Assembly: GCA_963726665.1 (NCBI GenBank)
Contig: CAVSDW010000012.1
Location: 323,690-387,689 of the forward strand
Direction of reading: 5' to 3'
Origin: an uncultured Gammaproteobacteria bacterium
Lineage (GTDB): Bacteria > Pseudomonadota > Gammaproteobacteria > Steroidobacterales > Steroidobacteraceae
DNA: 64,000 bases
The notes under the pieces were generated by a model. It made no database searches. It had not been told where the DNA came from and worked only from the letters and a program-made list of their open reading frames with translations. Made by a program: the position numbers and the translations under genes. Below, one piece after another: positions 40,454 through 50,736 of the stretch (the first letter of the stretch is position 1; each line of letters begins with the position of its first letter).

Positions 40454-41130
40454 TCGTCGAGCGCCTGGCGCAGGAACGGCACGGTGAGCCGCCGCTGTGC
40501 GACGAGCGACGCCTCGTCGAGCCGGTCCAGCATCGCGCACAGCGTATGCATGTCCCGTGGCAGCCGGTGCACCAGGTAGAGCGCGCCTTCGGCCGACAGC
40601 TCCAACCCCCGCCGCGCTGCCCGCAGCTGCAGCGCCTGCACCTGCCCTGCGTCGTCGAGTTCATGCAGCTGGTGGACCGAGGCTGCCAGCAGCCTCGATC
40701 GCAGGTCGGGCAACCGGAACTGCTGGGCGGCCGGCGGACGCTCGCTCGCCACGCACAGCCTCGTGGGGGTGTCCTGCATGAGCGTGTGGAGCCTGAACAA
40801 CGCCTCGTTCCACGCGGCGTCGCCGGCCACGGCGTCCAACCCGTCGAAGCAGACGAGGTCGAGGCTTTCGCAGCCCTCGAGCCAGCCAGGCTCGGCGCCC
40901 GCAGTGGGATCGAGGTAACTCGTGGATCCACCCCGGTCCGCGACGGACGCGCACGCGGCCTGCAGGAGATGCGTCTTGCCCGCGCCATGCCGTCCCCAGA
41001 TCCACATCACGCGGGGGGCGCGCGGATCGGCGCCCGACGCGAGACCGACGACTTCGCCATTGCCGCCCGGCACGAAACTTTCGAGCCTTGCGGTATCCCG
41101 CAACCGGACGCCGAGCGGAAGCTGGCGCAT
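40432..41130 (-). CDS. hda: DnaA regulatory inactivator Hda
   Basis: MRQLPLGVRLRDTARLESFVPG.N.........WIWGRHGAGKTHLLQAAC; PDLRSRL......L..LDD......L...A..RGL.L......YL..R..RDM..L...L..LD. ATG at 41130. Confidence 0.88.
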   Translation of the reverse strand: MRQLPLGVRLRDTARLESFVPGGNGEVVGLASGADPRAPRVMWIWGRHGAGKTHLLQAACASVADRGGSTSYLDPTAGAEPGWLEGCESLDLVCFDGLDAVAGDAAWNEALFRLHTLMQDTPTRLCVASERPPAAQQFRLPDLRSRLLAASVHQLHELDDAGQVQALQLRAARRGLELSAEGALYLVHRLPRDMHTLCAMLDRLDEASLVAQRRLTVPFLRQALDDQALGGG

Positions 41131-41135
41131 GCAGG

Positions 41136-41699
41136 TCAGGTGGCGGACCGGGCGTGCGCTGCCGAGAGCGCGCGCCGTGAGTACACGAGGACGTAGTCGA
41201 GGCCGCTCACCGAGGTGGTCACCAGCACGAGAGCGCCGAGCGCCATGATCGCAGCCTGCGTGGGCCACGCGAACGCAGCCTCGGCCACGACGGCGAGACA
41301 GAAAACGATCTGGCAGAACGTGTTCAGCTTGCTCGGCCGGGTCGGCTGGCCGTGGATCTGGCCCAGGAGCACCCGGTAGGCAACCGCGCCTGCCACGATG
41401 AGGAGATCACGCAGCAGCACGGTTGCGGTGAGCCACCAGGGCGCGAGGTTCGCCAGGCTGAGGCAAACGAACACCGTGACGAGCAGCAGCTTGTCCGCGA
41501 GCGGATCGAGATGCTTTCCGAGTTCCGAGGTCCAGCCGAACCTCTTGGCCAGGAACCCGTCGAGCCCATCGGTGAACGCCGCGACCGCGAAGATCGCCAG
41601 CACCTGCGGATAATGGCCGAGCATGATGCCGTGCGCCACCGGATAGACCAGCAGCATCCTGACCACGCAAAGCAGGTTGGGCAGGAAGCGGAGGCTCAT
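41136..41699 (-). CDS. CDP-alcohol phosphatidyltransferase family protein
   Basis: NLLCVVRMLLV; motif FTDGLDGFLAKRFGWTSELGKHLDPLADKLL (D-x2-DG-x2-AR...G-x3-D-x3-D). Confidence 0.85.
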   Translation of the reverse strand: MSLRFLPNLLCVVRMLLVYPVAHGIMLGHYPQVLAIFAVAAFTDGLDGFLAKRFGWTSELGKHLDPLADKLLLVTVFVCLSLANLAPWWLTATVLLRDLLIVAGAVAYRVLLGQIHGQPTRPSKLNTFCQIVFCLAVVAEAAFAWPTQAAIMALGALVLVTTSVSGLDYVLVYSRRALSAAHARSAT

Positions 41700-42703
41700 G
41701 GCACGTAGTTGAAATCAGGCCCGGGCGAGCCTTCCGTTGCGCTCGCTGCCGCGGCCACGAGGTGCCCGTCCAGCGCAGCGACCCGACGCAGGAGTTCGAG
41801 GTCCCCGCGCAGCGTGACGTCGAGGCTCACCACGTTGCCCGAGACTTCTTCCACGCTGACGGCGCGCACCAGACTCAGCGACTGAAGGTAATCGACGAGC
41901 CCGGCGTAGGCGCCGACGTTCTCGATCCCGCCGACCCTGATCGCGACGGACGAAGTACCACGGCTCGACGGCGGCGCGTAGCGCGCGGCCAGCGTGTCGG
42001 CGGCGAGATCAACGCCGGCCTGCAGGCTTCCGTCAGTACGCGTTGCCTGCCCGATCTCGGCGTAGCTCCAGGCGATGGCCTGGCCCGACCCGACCCCGGC
42101 CAGCAGTGCCTTGCCGCCCCAGGCCTCGGCCGCGGCCGCGCCGCGATTCCCGGCCAGCGCCTCACGCACCTGCGCCACGCCAACGGACACCTGGGGCCAG
42201 GCGATCGGCAGGCCGCGCGCCAGCGCCGAGCGCTCGACTTCGAGGCGCTCAGGCACGCGTTCCGAAGCAAGCACCGCTCGCTGTCCGCCTGCGACCGAGG
42301 GAACGACGAGCAGCACGACCGTGACGGGCCGCTCGACCGGCCAGAACGGCAGCCGCGCCTGCTGGAGCAGTCGGTCCATTGCGCGGGCATCGAAGCCCAC
42401 CTTGAGCCTGCGGTCGGCCGTCGTGGAGTACTGCTGGACGTATCGGGAGGGATCGGCTGCGGCGGCAACGATCACCGGGCTCGAACCGGCGTCGCGCTGG
42501 CCCGACGCACGCACCGCCGCCACGCGCAGCGCGTCGCCGAAGGCTGCGTTGCGATCGGCTTCCGTCGTGCCCGCGAGCGGCACCACCGCCTGGTAGACGG
42601 CGACGTCGGCGCCGGCCCGGGCCGGCAGGGCCAGGAACATGACGCAGACGAGGGCCCTGAGGGCCGACCCGTCCAGCCTGACGGTGTTTGATTGTCTCTG
42701 CAT
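41696..42703 (-). CDS. DUF2066 domain-containing protein
   Basis: Signal peptide, then VYQAVVPLAG.TEADRNAAFGDALR.V.V.ASG. Divergent from purM, the conserved position for DUF2066 in gammaproteobacteria. Confidence 0.7.
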   Translation of the reverse strand: MQRQSNTVRLDGSALRALVCVMFLALPARAGADVAVYQAVVPLAGTTEADRNAAFGDALRVAAVRASGQRDAGSSPVIVAAAADPSRYVQQYSTTADRRLKVGFDARAMDRLLQQARLPFWPVERPVTVVLLVVPSVAGGQRAVLASERVPERLEVERSALARGLPIAWPQVSVGVAQVREALAGNRGAAAAEAWGGKALLAGVGSGQAIAWSYAEIGQATRTDGSLQAGVDLAADTLAARYAPPSSRGTSSVAIRVGGIENVGAYAGLVDYLQSLSLVRAVSVEEVSGNVVSLDVTLRGDLELLRRVAALDGHLVAAAASATEGSPGPDFNYVP

Positions 42704-42798
42704 GGGTCGGCGGGAGTTCGGCGTTGCCGGCGCACGTGTAAAATACCACAGCCTCGACTCGAGTCCCGGGGCAGGACCGCCCCGCGGGAGACCACTCG

Positions 42799-43833
42799 AT
42801 GTCCGACTTAAGACCCACCACCTATCGCGACGCCGGAGTCGACATCGACGCGGGGGACGACCTCGTCGAGCGCATCAAGCCCGCGGTGAAGCGCTCGATG
42901 CGGCCTGAGGTCCTCGGCGGCCTCGGTGGTTTCGGCGCGCTGGTCGAGGTGCCGCTGGAGCGCTACCGAAAGCCGGTGATGGTCTCCGGCACCGACGGTG
43001 TCGGCACCAAGCTCAGGCTGGCCATCGAGACCGGCCGGCACGACACGATCGGCATCGACCTCGTGGCCATGTGCGCGAACGACGTGGTCGTACAGGGCGC
43101 CGAGCCGATTTTCTTCCTTGACTACTACGCAACCGGCCGCCTGCAGGTGCCCGTTGCGGAGCGCGTGATCAAGGGCATCGTCGAGGGCTGCCTGCAGGCT
43201 GGCTGCGCGCTGGTGGGCGGCGAAACGGCCGAGATGCCCGGCATGTACGCGGGCGACGACTACGACCTGGCCGGCTTCTGCGTCGGGCTGGTCGAGAAGG
43301 ACGCGATCATCGACGGGACGAAGACCCGCGCCGGCGACGCGATCATCGGGCTCGCCTCCTCCGGGCCCCATTCGAACGGCTATTCACTGGTGCGCAGGCT
43401 GCTCGAGAAAAGCGGCGCGGGCCCGGACACGAATCTGGACGGGACGCCGCTGTACGACCTCCTGCTCACGCCCACGCGCATCTACGTCAAGTCGGTGCTC
43501 GCCCTGCTCGCGGAGGTCCCGGTGCACGCGGTCGCCCACATCACCGGCGGCGGCCCGACGGGCAACATCCCGCGCGTGCTGCCCGCAGGCCTCGAGGCAG
43601 TGATCTCGGAGAGCCGCTGGAACAGGCCCGCCGTGTTCGACTGGCTGCAGCGGGCGGGCAACGTCGAGCGCGAAGAGATGCACCGCACATTCAACTGCGG
43701 CCTCGGCATGACCGTGTGCGTACCCGCCGCGGATGCAGACCGCGCAATGGAAATTCTCAAGCGACACGGGGAAACGGCGACCCTGGTGGGCGAAGTTCGC
43801 CGGGGCGACCACGGAGTCGTGATCGAGCGATGA
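42799..43833 (+). CDS. purM: Phosphoribosylformylglycinamidine cyclo-ligase PurM
   Basis: [20 protein letters not shown]; [13 protein letters not shown]......[12 protein letters not shown]....GAEP.FFLDY. Confidence 0.97.
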   Translation: MSDLRPTTYRDAGVDIDAGDDLVERIKPAVKRSMRPEVLGGLGGFGALVEVPLERYRKPVMVSGTDGVGTKLRLAIETGRHDTIGIDLVAMCANDVVVQGAEPIFFLDYYATGRLQVPVAERVIKGIVEGCLQAGCALVGGETAEMPGMYAGDDYDLAGFCVGLVEKDAIIDGTKTRAGDAIIGLASSGPHSNGYSLVRRLLEKSGAGPDTNLDGTPLYDLLLTPTRIYVKSVLALLAEVPVHAVAHITGGGPTGNIPRVLPAGLEAVISESRWNRPAVFDWLQRAGNVEREEMHRTFNCGLGMTVCVPAADADRAMEILKRHGETATLVGEVRRGDHGVVIER

Positions 43834-44504
43834 ACACAGCCGGCACCCGCATGCCGGCCGTCGCGCTGGTTTCCGGCCGCGGCAGCAACCTGCGGGCCAT
43901 CGCGGAACGCGCACGTGGCGGCGACCCTCCGGTCGAGATCCGTGCCGTCATAAGCGATCGCGAGGACGCGGCGGGCATCGAGTGGGCCCGTGCATTCGGG
44001 CTCGCGTGCGCGACGCTGTCGCCGAAGGGCTTTCCGGACCGTGACCGCTACGACGAGGCGCTCGCTGCGCTGGTCGCCAGCTTCGAGCCCGAACTGGTGA
44101 TCCTGGCCGGATTCATGCGCATCCTCGGGCCGGCCTTCGTGGACCGGTTCGAGGGCCGCACGCTCAACATCCACCCGTCCCTGCTGCCGCGGCACCGCGG
44201 TCTGCACACCCATCGGCGCGTCCTCGAGGCCGGCGAACGCGAGCACGGCGCGAGCGTGCATTTCGTCACGCGCGAACTCGACGGCGGTCCGGTGGTCATA
44301 CAGGCAAGGGTCCCGGTCCGGGACGATGACGATGAGGCCAGCCTTGCCGCTCGGGTACTTGCAGAGGAACACAGGATCTACCCCCAGGCCGTCGCGTGGT
44401 TCGCAACCGGTCGGCTGCGATTCGCAGACGGGGCGGCATGGCTCGACGGGCGCCGGCTGGAAGAGCCCGTCGTCCTGGAACCACACAATGACGGCACGGC
44501 GTAG
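43830..44504 (+). CDS. purN: Phosphoribosylglycinamide formyltransferase PurN
   Basis: [13 protein letters not shown]; [24 protein letters not shown]...GLHTH...L..G...HG.SVHFVT.ELD.GPV. ATGA overlap with purM. Confidence 0.95.
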   Translation: MNTAGTRMPAVALVSGRGSNLRAIAERARGGDPPVEIRAVISDREDAAGIEWARAFGLACATLSPKGFPDRDRYDEALAALVASFEPELVILAGFMRILGPAFVDRFEGRTLNIHPSLLPRHRGLHTHRRVLEAGEREHGASVHFVTRELDGGPVVIQARVPVRDDDDEASLAARVLAEEHRIYPQAVAWFATGRLRFADGAAWLDGRRLEEPVVLEPHNDGTA

Positions 44505-45249
44505 ATTCATCGCCGCGGCGCTCGGCGTCGCGTTTGCGCTCCCGCTGTTGCCGCTGGCCCGGGCACAGGCTGCGGATGCGCCGTCCGCGTCGCCGGCCGC
44601 ACCGCGGTTGACGAAGTACAAGGCTCAGTACCAGGTGAGCTACCGCGGCATCGGCGGCGGACAGCTCGAACAGTACCTGCATCCCGGAACGGTGGCAGGC
44701 CAGTGGATGTTCGAGTCGCGGGCCTACCCGAACCTGCTCGGCCGCATCGCGGTGAGCCCCGATGCGCGCCAGCGCAGCACCATGGAAGTCACTGCGCTGG
44801 AGGTGCGCCCGCTCACGCTCGTCTTCGACGACGGCAGCGACGGCAGCGCCAAGGACGCGAACATCGCGTTCGACTGGGCGACGGGACACGTGCGCGGCCG
44901 GGTCAAGGACAAGACCGTCGACCTCGCCGTGACGCCCGGCACGCAGGACACCGTGTCGGTGCAGGCCGCGATGCTGCAGCAGCTTCTGTCCGGCCGCGAG
45001 CCGAAGTCGTTCTGGATCGTGAACGGCGCCAAGCTCGAGCAGTACCGCTACTGGCCGGAGGGCCGCGCCACGGTCGTCACCCCCTACGGGCAGTTCGACA
45101 CGGTCGTGTGGGCGAGCCAGCGCGACGGCTCCAAGCGCATGAACCGCGTCTGGCACGCACCGCAACTCGGCTACGTCCCGGTGCAGGCCATCCAGTACAA
45201 CAAGGGACGGCCGGACGTGCAGTTGAAGCTGGTGACGCTGGAAAGATAG
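44488..45249 (+). CDS. DUF3108 domain-containing protein
   Basis: Signal peptide [26 protein letters not shown], beta-rich sequence, and the conserved position after purN. Confidence 0.7.
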   Translation: MTARRRFIAAALGVAFALPLLPLARAQAADAPSASPAAPRLTKYKAQYQVSYRGIGGGQLEQYLHPGTVAGQWMFESRAYPNLLGRIAVSPDARQRSTMEVTALEVRPLTLVFDDGSDGSAKDANIAFDWATGHVRGRVKDKTVDLAVTPGTQDTVSVQAAMLQQLLSGREPKSFWIVNGAKLEQYRYWPEGRATVVTPYGQFDTVVWASQRDGSKRMNRVWHAPQLGYVPVQAIQYNKGRPDVQLKLVTLER

Positions 45250-45261
45250 CGGAGCGGGGGT

Positions 45262-45319
45262 CTGTCCCCGCAGGGGACTGACCCCTGTTCGAGAAAGGGA
45301 CAGTCCCCTGCGGGGACAG
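45262..45319. repeat. Perfect 19-bp inverted repeat (CTGTCCCCGCAGGGGACTG / CAGTCCCCTGCGGGGACAG) with nested palindromes; probable bidirectional terminator
   Basis: The arms at 45262-45280 and 45301-45319 are exact reverse complements separated by 20 nt. Each arm also contains its own GTCCCC..GGGGAC hairpin. It lies between the convergent DUF3108 and dcd genes. Confidence 0.7.
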
Positions 45320-45326
45320 TCCCGGG

Positions 45327-45893
45327 TCAGGCCTTGGGCAAGGTCACGCCCTTCTGCCCCTGGTACTTTCCGCCGCGGTCCTTGTAGGACACCTCGCAGA
45401 CCTCGTCGGACTCGAAAAACAGCATCTGCGCGACGCCCTCGTTCGCGTAGATCTTCGCCGGCAGGGTCGTGGTGTTGGAGAACTCGAGCGTGACGTGCCC
45501 TTCCCACTCCGGCTCGAGCGGCGTGACGTTCACGATGATGCCGCAACGCGCGTAGGTCGACTTGCCGAGACAGATCGTGAGCACGTTGCGCGGGATCCGG
45601 AAGTACTCGACCGTGCGCGCCAGCGCGAACGAATTCGGCGGGATGATGCAGACGTCGCCGCCGAAGTCCACGAACGAGCCGTGATCGAAGTCCTTGGGAT
45701 CGACGATCGTCGAGTTGATGTTGGTGAAGATCTTGAACTCGGCGGCGCAGCGCACGTCGTAGCCGTAGCTCGACGTGCCGAAGGACACGATGCGCTGGCC
45801 GTTCGCCACACGGACCTGGCCGGGCTCGAAGGGTTCGATCATGCCGTGGCTCTCGGCCATGCGGCGGATCCAGCGGTCGGACTTGATGCTCAC
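45327..45893 (-). CDS. dcd: dCTP deaminase Dcd
   Basis: [13 protein letters not shown]....IEPF....V........SFG.SSYGYD.R...EFKIFTN; LEFSN.T.LP. GTG start. Confidence 0.96.
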   Translation of the reverse strand: MSIKSDRWIRRMAESHGMIEPFEPGQVRVANGQRIVSFGTSSYGYDVRCAAEFKIFTNINSTIVDPKDFDHGSFVDFGGDVCIIPPNSFALARTVEYFRIPRNVLTICLGKSTYARCGIIVNVTPLEPEWEGHVTLEFSNTTTLPAKIYANEGVAQMLFFESDEVCEVSYKDRGGKYQGQKGVTLPKA

Positions 45894-45895
45894 GA

Positions 45896-46987
45896 TCAGG
45901 TTTCCTCGACGGTGATTTTCGGTGCCGCTGCCGCGGCGGTGTCTGCGACGGAGAGGCGCGCGGCCGTGCGGCGCGCCATTTCGAGGTAGGCGCGGCCGAG
46001 CGGTCCATCCGGTTCCGCGACGACGGTCGGGCAGCCGCCGTCGGTCTGCTCGCGGATGCGGATGTCGAGCGGCAGGCTGGCGAGCAGTGGTACGCCGTAC
46101 TGCTCGGCCATGCTGCGCCCGCCCCCGCTGCCGAAGACGGGCTCCTCGTGGCCGCAGTTCGAGCAGATGTGGGTGCCCATGTTCTCCACGATGCCGAGCA
46201 CCGGCACCGAGACCTTCTGGAACATCCGCAGGCCCTTGCGGGCGTCGAGGAGGGCGATGTCCTGCGGCGTGGTGACCACCACGGCGCCGCTCAGTGGCAC
46301 GCGCTGGGCGAGCGTGAGCTGGATGTCGCCGGTGCCCGGGGGCATGTCGACGATGAGGTAGTCGAGTTCACCCCAGTTCGTCTCGGAGAGGAGCTGGGTC
46401 AGCGCCTGGGTCACCATCGGCCCGCGCCACACCATCGGCTGCTCCTCCTCGACCAGGAAGCCGATGGACATGACCTTGACCCCGTGGGCCTCGAGCGGCT
46501 CCATGCGCCGGCCGTCCGCAGAGGTCGGGTGCGCCCCGGAGAGCCCCATCATGCGCGGCTGGCTCGGGCCGTAGATGTCCGCGTCGAGAAGGCCGACCCG
46601 GCCGCCGTCGAGCGCCAGCGCCAGCGCGAGGTTGACCGCGGTCGTGGACTTGCCGACCCCGCCCTTGCCGGACGCGACGGCGATGACGTTGGAAATGCCC
46701 GGCAACGGGGGCCGGCTGCCGTCACCCGCCCGAGCCGCGACCTTCCAGCCAACCGTCACATCGGCCGGGCCGATCCCTGGCCGATCGGCCAGCAGCCCGG
46801 CGATCCGGTCCTGCAGGACCGCGGCGCCACGGGCGAGCGGAAACCCCAGCTCGACCTCGACCCGGACCCGTCCACCCTCTAATCGGACGGACTTCACAGC
46901 TTTGGCCTCGGTTAGCGGCATCCCGAGGTGGGGTTCGACATAATTCCCGACCACAAGGCGGGCTTCGCGTACGCGATCGTCTGTCAT
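45896..46987 (-). CDS. apbC: Iron-sulfur cluster carrier protein ApbC/Mrp
   Basis: [24 protein letters not shown]...[13 protein letters not shown]; [12 protein letters not shown]; ENM....C..CGH. ATG at 46987; the upstream part of the 554-aa ORF is spurious. Confidence 0.95.
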   Translation of the reverse strand: MTDDRVREARLVVGNYVEPHLGMPLTEAKAVKSVRLEGGRVRVEVELGFPLARGAAVLQDRIAGLLADRPGIGPADVTVGWKVAARAGDGSRPPLPGISNVIAVASGKGGVGKSTTAVNLALALALDGGRVGLLDADIYGPSQPRMMGLSGAHPTSADGRRMEPLEAHGVKVMSIGFLVEEEQPMVWRGPMVTQALTQLLSETNWGELDYLIVDMPPGTGDIQLTLAQRVPLSGAVVVTTPQDIALLDARKGLRMFQKVSVPVLGIVENMGTHICSNCGHEEPVFGSGGGRSMAEQYGVPLLASLPLDIRIREQTDGGCPTVVAEPDGPLGRAYLEMARRTAARLSVADTAAAAAPKITVEET

Positions 46988-47201
46988 GCGGATGGCCAGG
47001 TCAGTGGGAGTACGGCATGCGCCGTGAGAGCAGGATTGTAGCGGAATCCGGGCGACGGATTGGCGCCGTCGGGGGGTCGCGGCCACCCGGCGGCTGCGTG
47101 GCATACTGGGCGAGGTCGGTGCGCCCTGCGCCCGGCCGCCCCAATTTGACTTAGTCACCAGCCCAGGACGAGGACCAGACCCGGATCCATCGAACAGCGC
47201 C

Positions 47202-49622
47202 ATGAGCTTCTTCACCAACATGAAGGCCGACCGCCTGATCGCCGACATCAAGGCGGCGGGCGACGGAACCGGCGCCGACGCGGACAAGGCACTGGACAGG
47301 CTTGGCAAGCTCGGGCCTGCGGCGATCCCACGCATCATCGACGCACTGTCGAACGCCGACCGGCAGGAGACCGAGGCCTTCGTCCGAGTGCTGTCGGCCA
47401 TGATCGACAACAAGTCCCTCGCACAGGTGGTCACCGCGCTCACGGATGCCAACCCCCGCACCTCGGCCGCAATCGTCGCCGCCCTGTCGGCAGGCCGGGA
47501 GTACAACCCGCAGCTCCTGCTGCCCCTGCTCGACGACCCGAAGGCACCGCGCGGCCCCATCGTGAGCGTCCTGGCCGCGCAGAAGTCGCGCCTGCCGGCG
47601 CGCGACCTGCTGAGCCGCGCCTACAACCAGGAGGCGACCGAGAAAGCCGCGCTGTTCCGCATCATCGGCGAGATCGCCGACGTGAGCCTGGTGCCGGAAC
47701 TGCTGAGCAGGCTCGAGGGCAAGGACCCGATCGCGCGCACGCACATCATCAGCATCGTGTCGCGATTCAACCGCCCGGACGTGGCACAGGCGCTGCAGGC
47801 GCAGCTCAAGGACACGAACAAGTTCATCCGCCAGGCTGTGCTGAACGCGCTGGCGCGGCTCGACGGCAACGTGGACCCGGCGGTCCTCTGCGACCTGCTG
47901 CGCGACCCTGACGTCGAGACCCAGCAGAAGGCGATCGACGCCGTGGTGCGCTCCAACCACCCGGACACGATGAAATACCTGGTGAACGTGCTCAAGGACG
48001 AGAGCGAGGGCGCGCGCCGGGCCGCCGTGGAAGTCCTGAACGAGATCGGCACGACGCAGCACATCAAGTTCCTGCTGCAGTCCATCAAGGACGACGACTG
48101 GTGGGTACGCAGTCGCGCCGCGGATGCGCTCGCCAAGATCGGCGGGCCCCGGGTGATCGAGGCCTCCCTCGAGCTGATCAGGGACCAGGACGAAGACGTG
48201 CGCCGCGCGGCCATCGAGATCCTGAACCAGACCAAGGACGAGCGGGCCGTGAGCCACCTGATCGAAGCCACGCACGACTCCGACTGGTGGGTACGCGAGC
48301 GCGCCGTGGACGCGCTCGGCGAGATCGGCAGCCGGACTGCGCTGCCGGCCCTGCTCGGGATGCTGGACGCCGTCGAGAACCGCTCGCTGCCCACCGTCGT
48401 GAGGGCGATCGGCAAGCTCGGAGACTCCTCGCACGTGGTGCGGCTGCTTCCGCTGCTCGACAATCCCTCGAAGGAGGCACGGCTCGAGGTCATCGCCGCG
48501 CTCACGCGCCTCGCCGACGACAACTCGGCCGACACAGTGCGGGTGAAGCTCGAGGACGTCGGCGCGCTCATGGTGGACCCCACGGTGAGCCACGCGGCCC
48601 TGCGTGCGGTCGAAGACATCGCCAAGCGCTTCGCGAGCGGCGGCCCGGTGACCGCGCGCCAGGCCGGCACCGGCATGACCGAAAGCCGGCCCGTGCTCGG
48701 CCGGGTCCAGGGGGATGCGGGCCGCACGCTGCTCACGGACCGCGCGGACGTCGACACGATCGTGAAGAAGGCGCGCGAGCAGCAGCGCCTCGACGTCTCG
48801 ACCCTGAAGCCGGGCGACGTGCTCGAGGGCCGCTACAAGTTCGTGCGCAAGATCGGCAAGGGCGCCTTCGGCACCGTGCTCCTCATGGAGGACACGGTCG
48901 TCGAGGAGCAGTTGGTCCTCAAGTTCCTGAACCCGAACGTCTCGCAGGACGAGGAGATGATGAAACGGTTCGTGCACGAGCTGCGCTACTCGCGCAAGAT
49001 CACGCACCGCAACGTCATCCGCATCTACGACTTCCTGCACATCCGCGGCAACTACGCGATCTCGATGGAGTACTTCCCGTCGCACACTCTCGGCAACGAG
49101 GTGAACGACAAGCCGTTACCGCTCGCCAAGGCGGTCCGGTTCGCCATCGACATCGCGACCGGCATGACGGTCGCGCACCAGTCGGGCATCATCCACCGCG
49201 ACCTGAAGCCCGCCAACGTTCTCATCAACGAGGATGGCCTCGTCAAGGTCGTGGACTTCGGCGTGGCCGCGGCCCAGCACCAGGGCGACACCCAGCTCAC
49301 CAAGACCGGCTACGTGATCGGCTCGCCGAAATACATGGCACCGGAACAGATCCTCGGCAAGAAAGTGGACGAGCGCGCGGACATCTACAGCCTTGGCGTC
49401 ATGCTCTACGAAATGCTGACCGGCGAGCCGCCCTACCACCGCGGCGACCACATGGCGGTCATGTACCAGCACGTACAGGGCAAGGCGAAGCCGCCGATCG
49501 AGGTCAACGCCGGGATCCCGCCCGGCCTTTCGGAGATCGTCACGAAGGCGATGTCCGTGGACAAGGCGCGGCGATTCCAGAGCATGGAAGAGATGCGCGC
49601 CGCACTGGAGCGCTACCTGTGA
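47202..49622 (+). CDS. HEAT-repeat (PBS-lyase type) protein fused to a Hanks-type Ser/Thr protein kinase
   Basis: 806 aa. The N-terminal ~500 aa are repeated HEAT-like units (DDDWWVRSRAADALAKIGGPRVIE / DEDVRRAAIEILNQ / DSDWWVRERAVDALGEIGSRTALPALL). The C-terminal kinase has IGKGAFGTV (Gly loop), LVLKFL (Lys), HRDLKPANVL, DFG and GSPKYMAPE. Confidence 0.9.
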   Translation: MSFFTNMKADRLIADIKAAGDGTGADADKALDRLGKLGPAAIPRIIDALSNADRQETEAFVRVLSAMIDNKSLAQVVTALTDANPRTSAAIVAALSAGREYNPQLLLPLLDDPKAPRGPIVSVLAAQKSRLPARDLLSRAYNQEATEKAALFRIIGEIADVSLVPELLSRLEGKDPIARTHIISIVSRFNRPDVAQALQAQLKDTNKFIRQAVLNALARLDGNVDPAVLCDLLRDPDVETQQKAIDAVVRSNHPDTMKYLVNVLKDESEGARRAAVEVLNEIGTTQHIKFLLQSIKDDDWWVRSRAADALAKIGGPRVIEASLELIRDQDEDVRRAAIEILNQTKDERAVSHLIEATHDSDWWVRERAVDALGEIGSRTALPALLGMLDAVENRSLPTVVRAIGKLGDSSHVVRLLPLLDNPSKEARLEVIAALTRLADDNSADTVRVKLEDVGALMVDPTVSHAALRAVEDIAKRFASGGPVTARQAGTGMTESRPVLGRVQGDAGRTLLTDRADVDTIVKKAREQQRLDVSTLKPGDVLEGRYKFVRKIGKGAFGTVLLMEDTVVEEQLVLKFLNPNVSQDEEMMKRFVHELRYSRKITHRNVIRIYDFLHIRGNYAISMEYFPSHTLGNEVNDKPLPLAKAVRFAIDIATGMTVAHQSGIIHRDLKPANVLINEDGLVKVVDFGVAAAQHQGDTQLTKTGYVIGSPKYMAPEQILGKKVDERADIYSLGVMLYEMLTGEPPYHRGDHMAVMYQHVQGKAKPPIEVNAGIPPGLSEIVTKAMSVDKARRFQSMEEMRAALERYL

Positions 49623-49635
49623 GCAGGTTGACCCG

Positions 49636-50736
49636 ATGGCCCGGATAGACGCATTCCTGAAGCTCGGCGCGGCACAGGGCTGCTCCGACGTTCACCTCGC
49701 GGTCGGCGTGCCGCCGATGCTGCGCATGAACGGCGAGCTGATGCCGATCAAGTTCCGCAACCTCGCCGAGGCGGAACTCGAGGGCTACGTGACCGAGATC
49801 CTGAGCGGCTCCCAGAAGGAGCAGTTCAGCCAGGGGCACGACATCGATTTCTCCTACGTGTCGGGGGACGGCGCCCGCTTCCGGGTGAACGTATTCCGCA
49901 AGGATACGGGCGTGGGCGCGGTATTCCGCACCATCCCGACCGACGTGCCGACCATCGAATCGCTCAATCTGCCGGCGGTGGTGACCGGGTTCTGCGATTA
50001 CCACCAGGGCATGGTGCTGGTGACCGGTTCCACGGGAACCGGCAAGTCGACGACGCTGGCCGCGATGATCGACCTGCTGAACCGCACCCGGCGGCTCAAC
50101 ATCGTCAGCCTCGAGGACCCGATCGAGTTCGTCCACCGCAGCAAGCTCTCGCAGGTGATCCAGCGCGAGCTGCACACCCACCTGCCCTCCTTCGCCGAGG
50201 GCGTGCGGGCGGCGATGCGCGAGGACCCCGACGTGATCCTGGTCGGCGAGCTGCGCGACGCCGACACGGTGCGCTGGGCGATGACGGCTGCGGAAACCGG
50301 GCATCTCGTGCTCGGCACTCTGCACACGACCAGTGCGGTGAAGACCATCGACCGCATGGTGGACGCGCTGCCGGCAGAGGAGCGCGAACAGACCAAGAGC
50401 TTCCTCTCGCAGAGCCTGATCGGCGTGGTCACCCAGGTTCTGGTGCGAACGCCCGATTTGCGCGGGCGGCGCGCCATCTGCGAGGTGATGGTGATGAATC
50501 GTGCGATCGGCAAGCTCATCATGACCGACCAGACGCACATGCTTCCCTCGCAGCTGCAGACCGGGAAGGAACTCGGCATGCACACGATGGACCAGGCGCT
50601 GCTCGCCGCGGTCCAGGCGCGCGAGGTCGACCCGGAGGACGCCTTCACCTACGCACAGGACAAGAAGCTCTTCACCCGCTACATCCCCGAGGGGACGGCC
50701 ATCCTCAAGGCCGACGTCACGCAGGGCATTGCATGA
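49636..50736 (+). CDS. PilT-family hexameric ATPase, divergent paralogue
   Basis: SDVHL..G.PPM.R..G; Walker A GSTGTGKSTT; LEDPIEF; Walker B REDPDVILVGELRD; His box ETGHLVLGTLHT. The PilT AIRNLIRE motif is replaced by AIGKLIMT. Starts 13 nt after the kinase stop. Confidence 0.85.
   Translation: MARIDAFLKLGAAQGCSDVHLAVGVPPMLRMNGELMPIKFRNLAEAELEGYVTEILSGSQKEQFSQGHDIDFSYVSGDGARFRVNVFRKDTGVGAVFRTIPTDVPTIESLNLPAVVTGFCDYHQGMVLVTGSTGTGKSTTLAAMIDLLNRTRRLNIVSLEDPIEFVHRSKLSQVIQRELHTHLPSFAEGVRAAMREDPDVILVGELRDADTVRWAMTAAETGHLVLGTLHTTSAVKTIDRMVDALPAEEREQTKSFLSQSLIGVVTQVLVRTPDLRGRRAICEVMVMNRAIGKLIMTDQTHMLPSQLQTGKELGMHTMDQALLAAVQAREVDPEDAFTYAQDKKLFTRYIPEGTAILKADVTQGIA

Noticed and set aside
42704-42798. 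PurR box upstream of purM
   Set aside because: There is no sequence resembling the ACGCAAACGTTTGCGT-type palindrome in the 95-nt spacer.
47151-49085. 644-aa minus-strand ORF. Similar long antisense or out-of-frame ORFs are at 51826..54030, 28284..30209, 10702..12855 and 49540..50952.
   Set aside because: All lie opposite or out of frame to genes with clear motifs (kinase, metG, tgpA, permease, pilT). They lack recognisable domains and have the low-complexity Arg/Gly/Ala/Pro bias expected from high GC.
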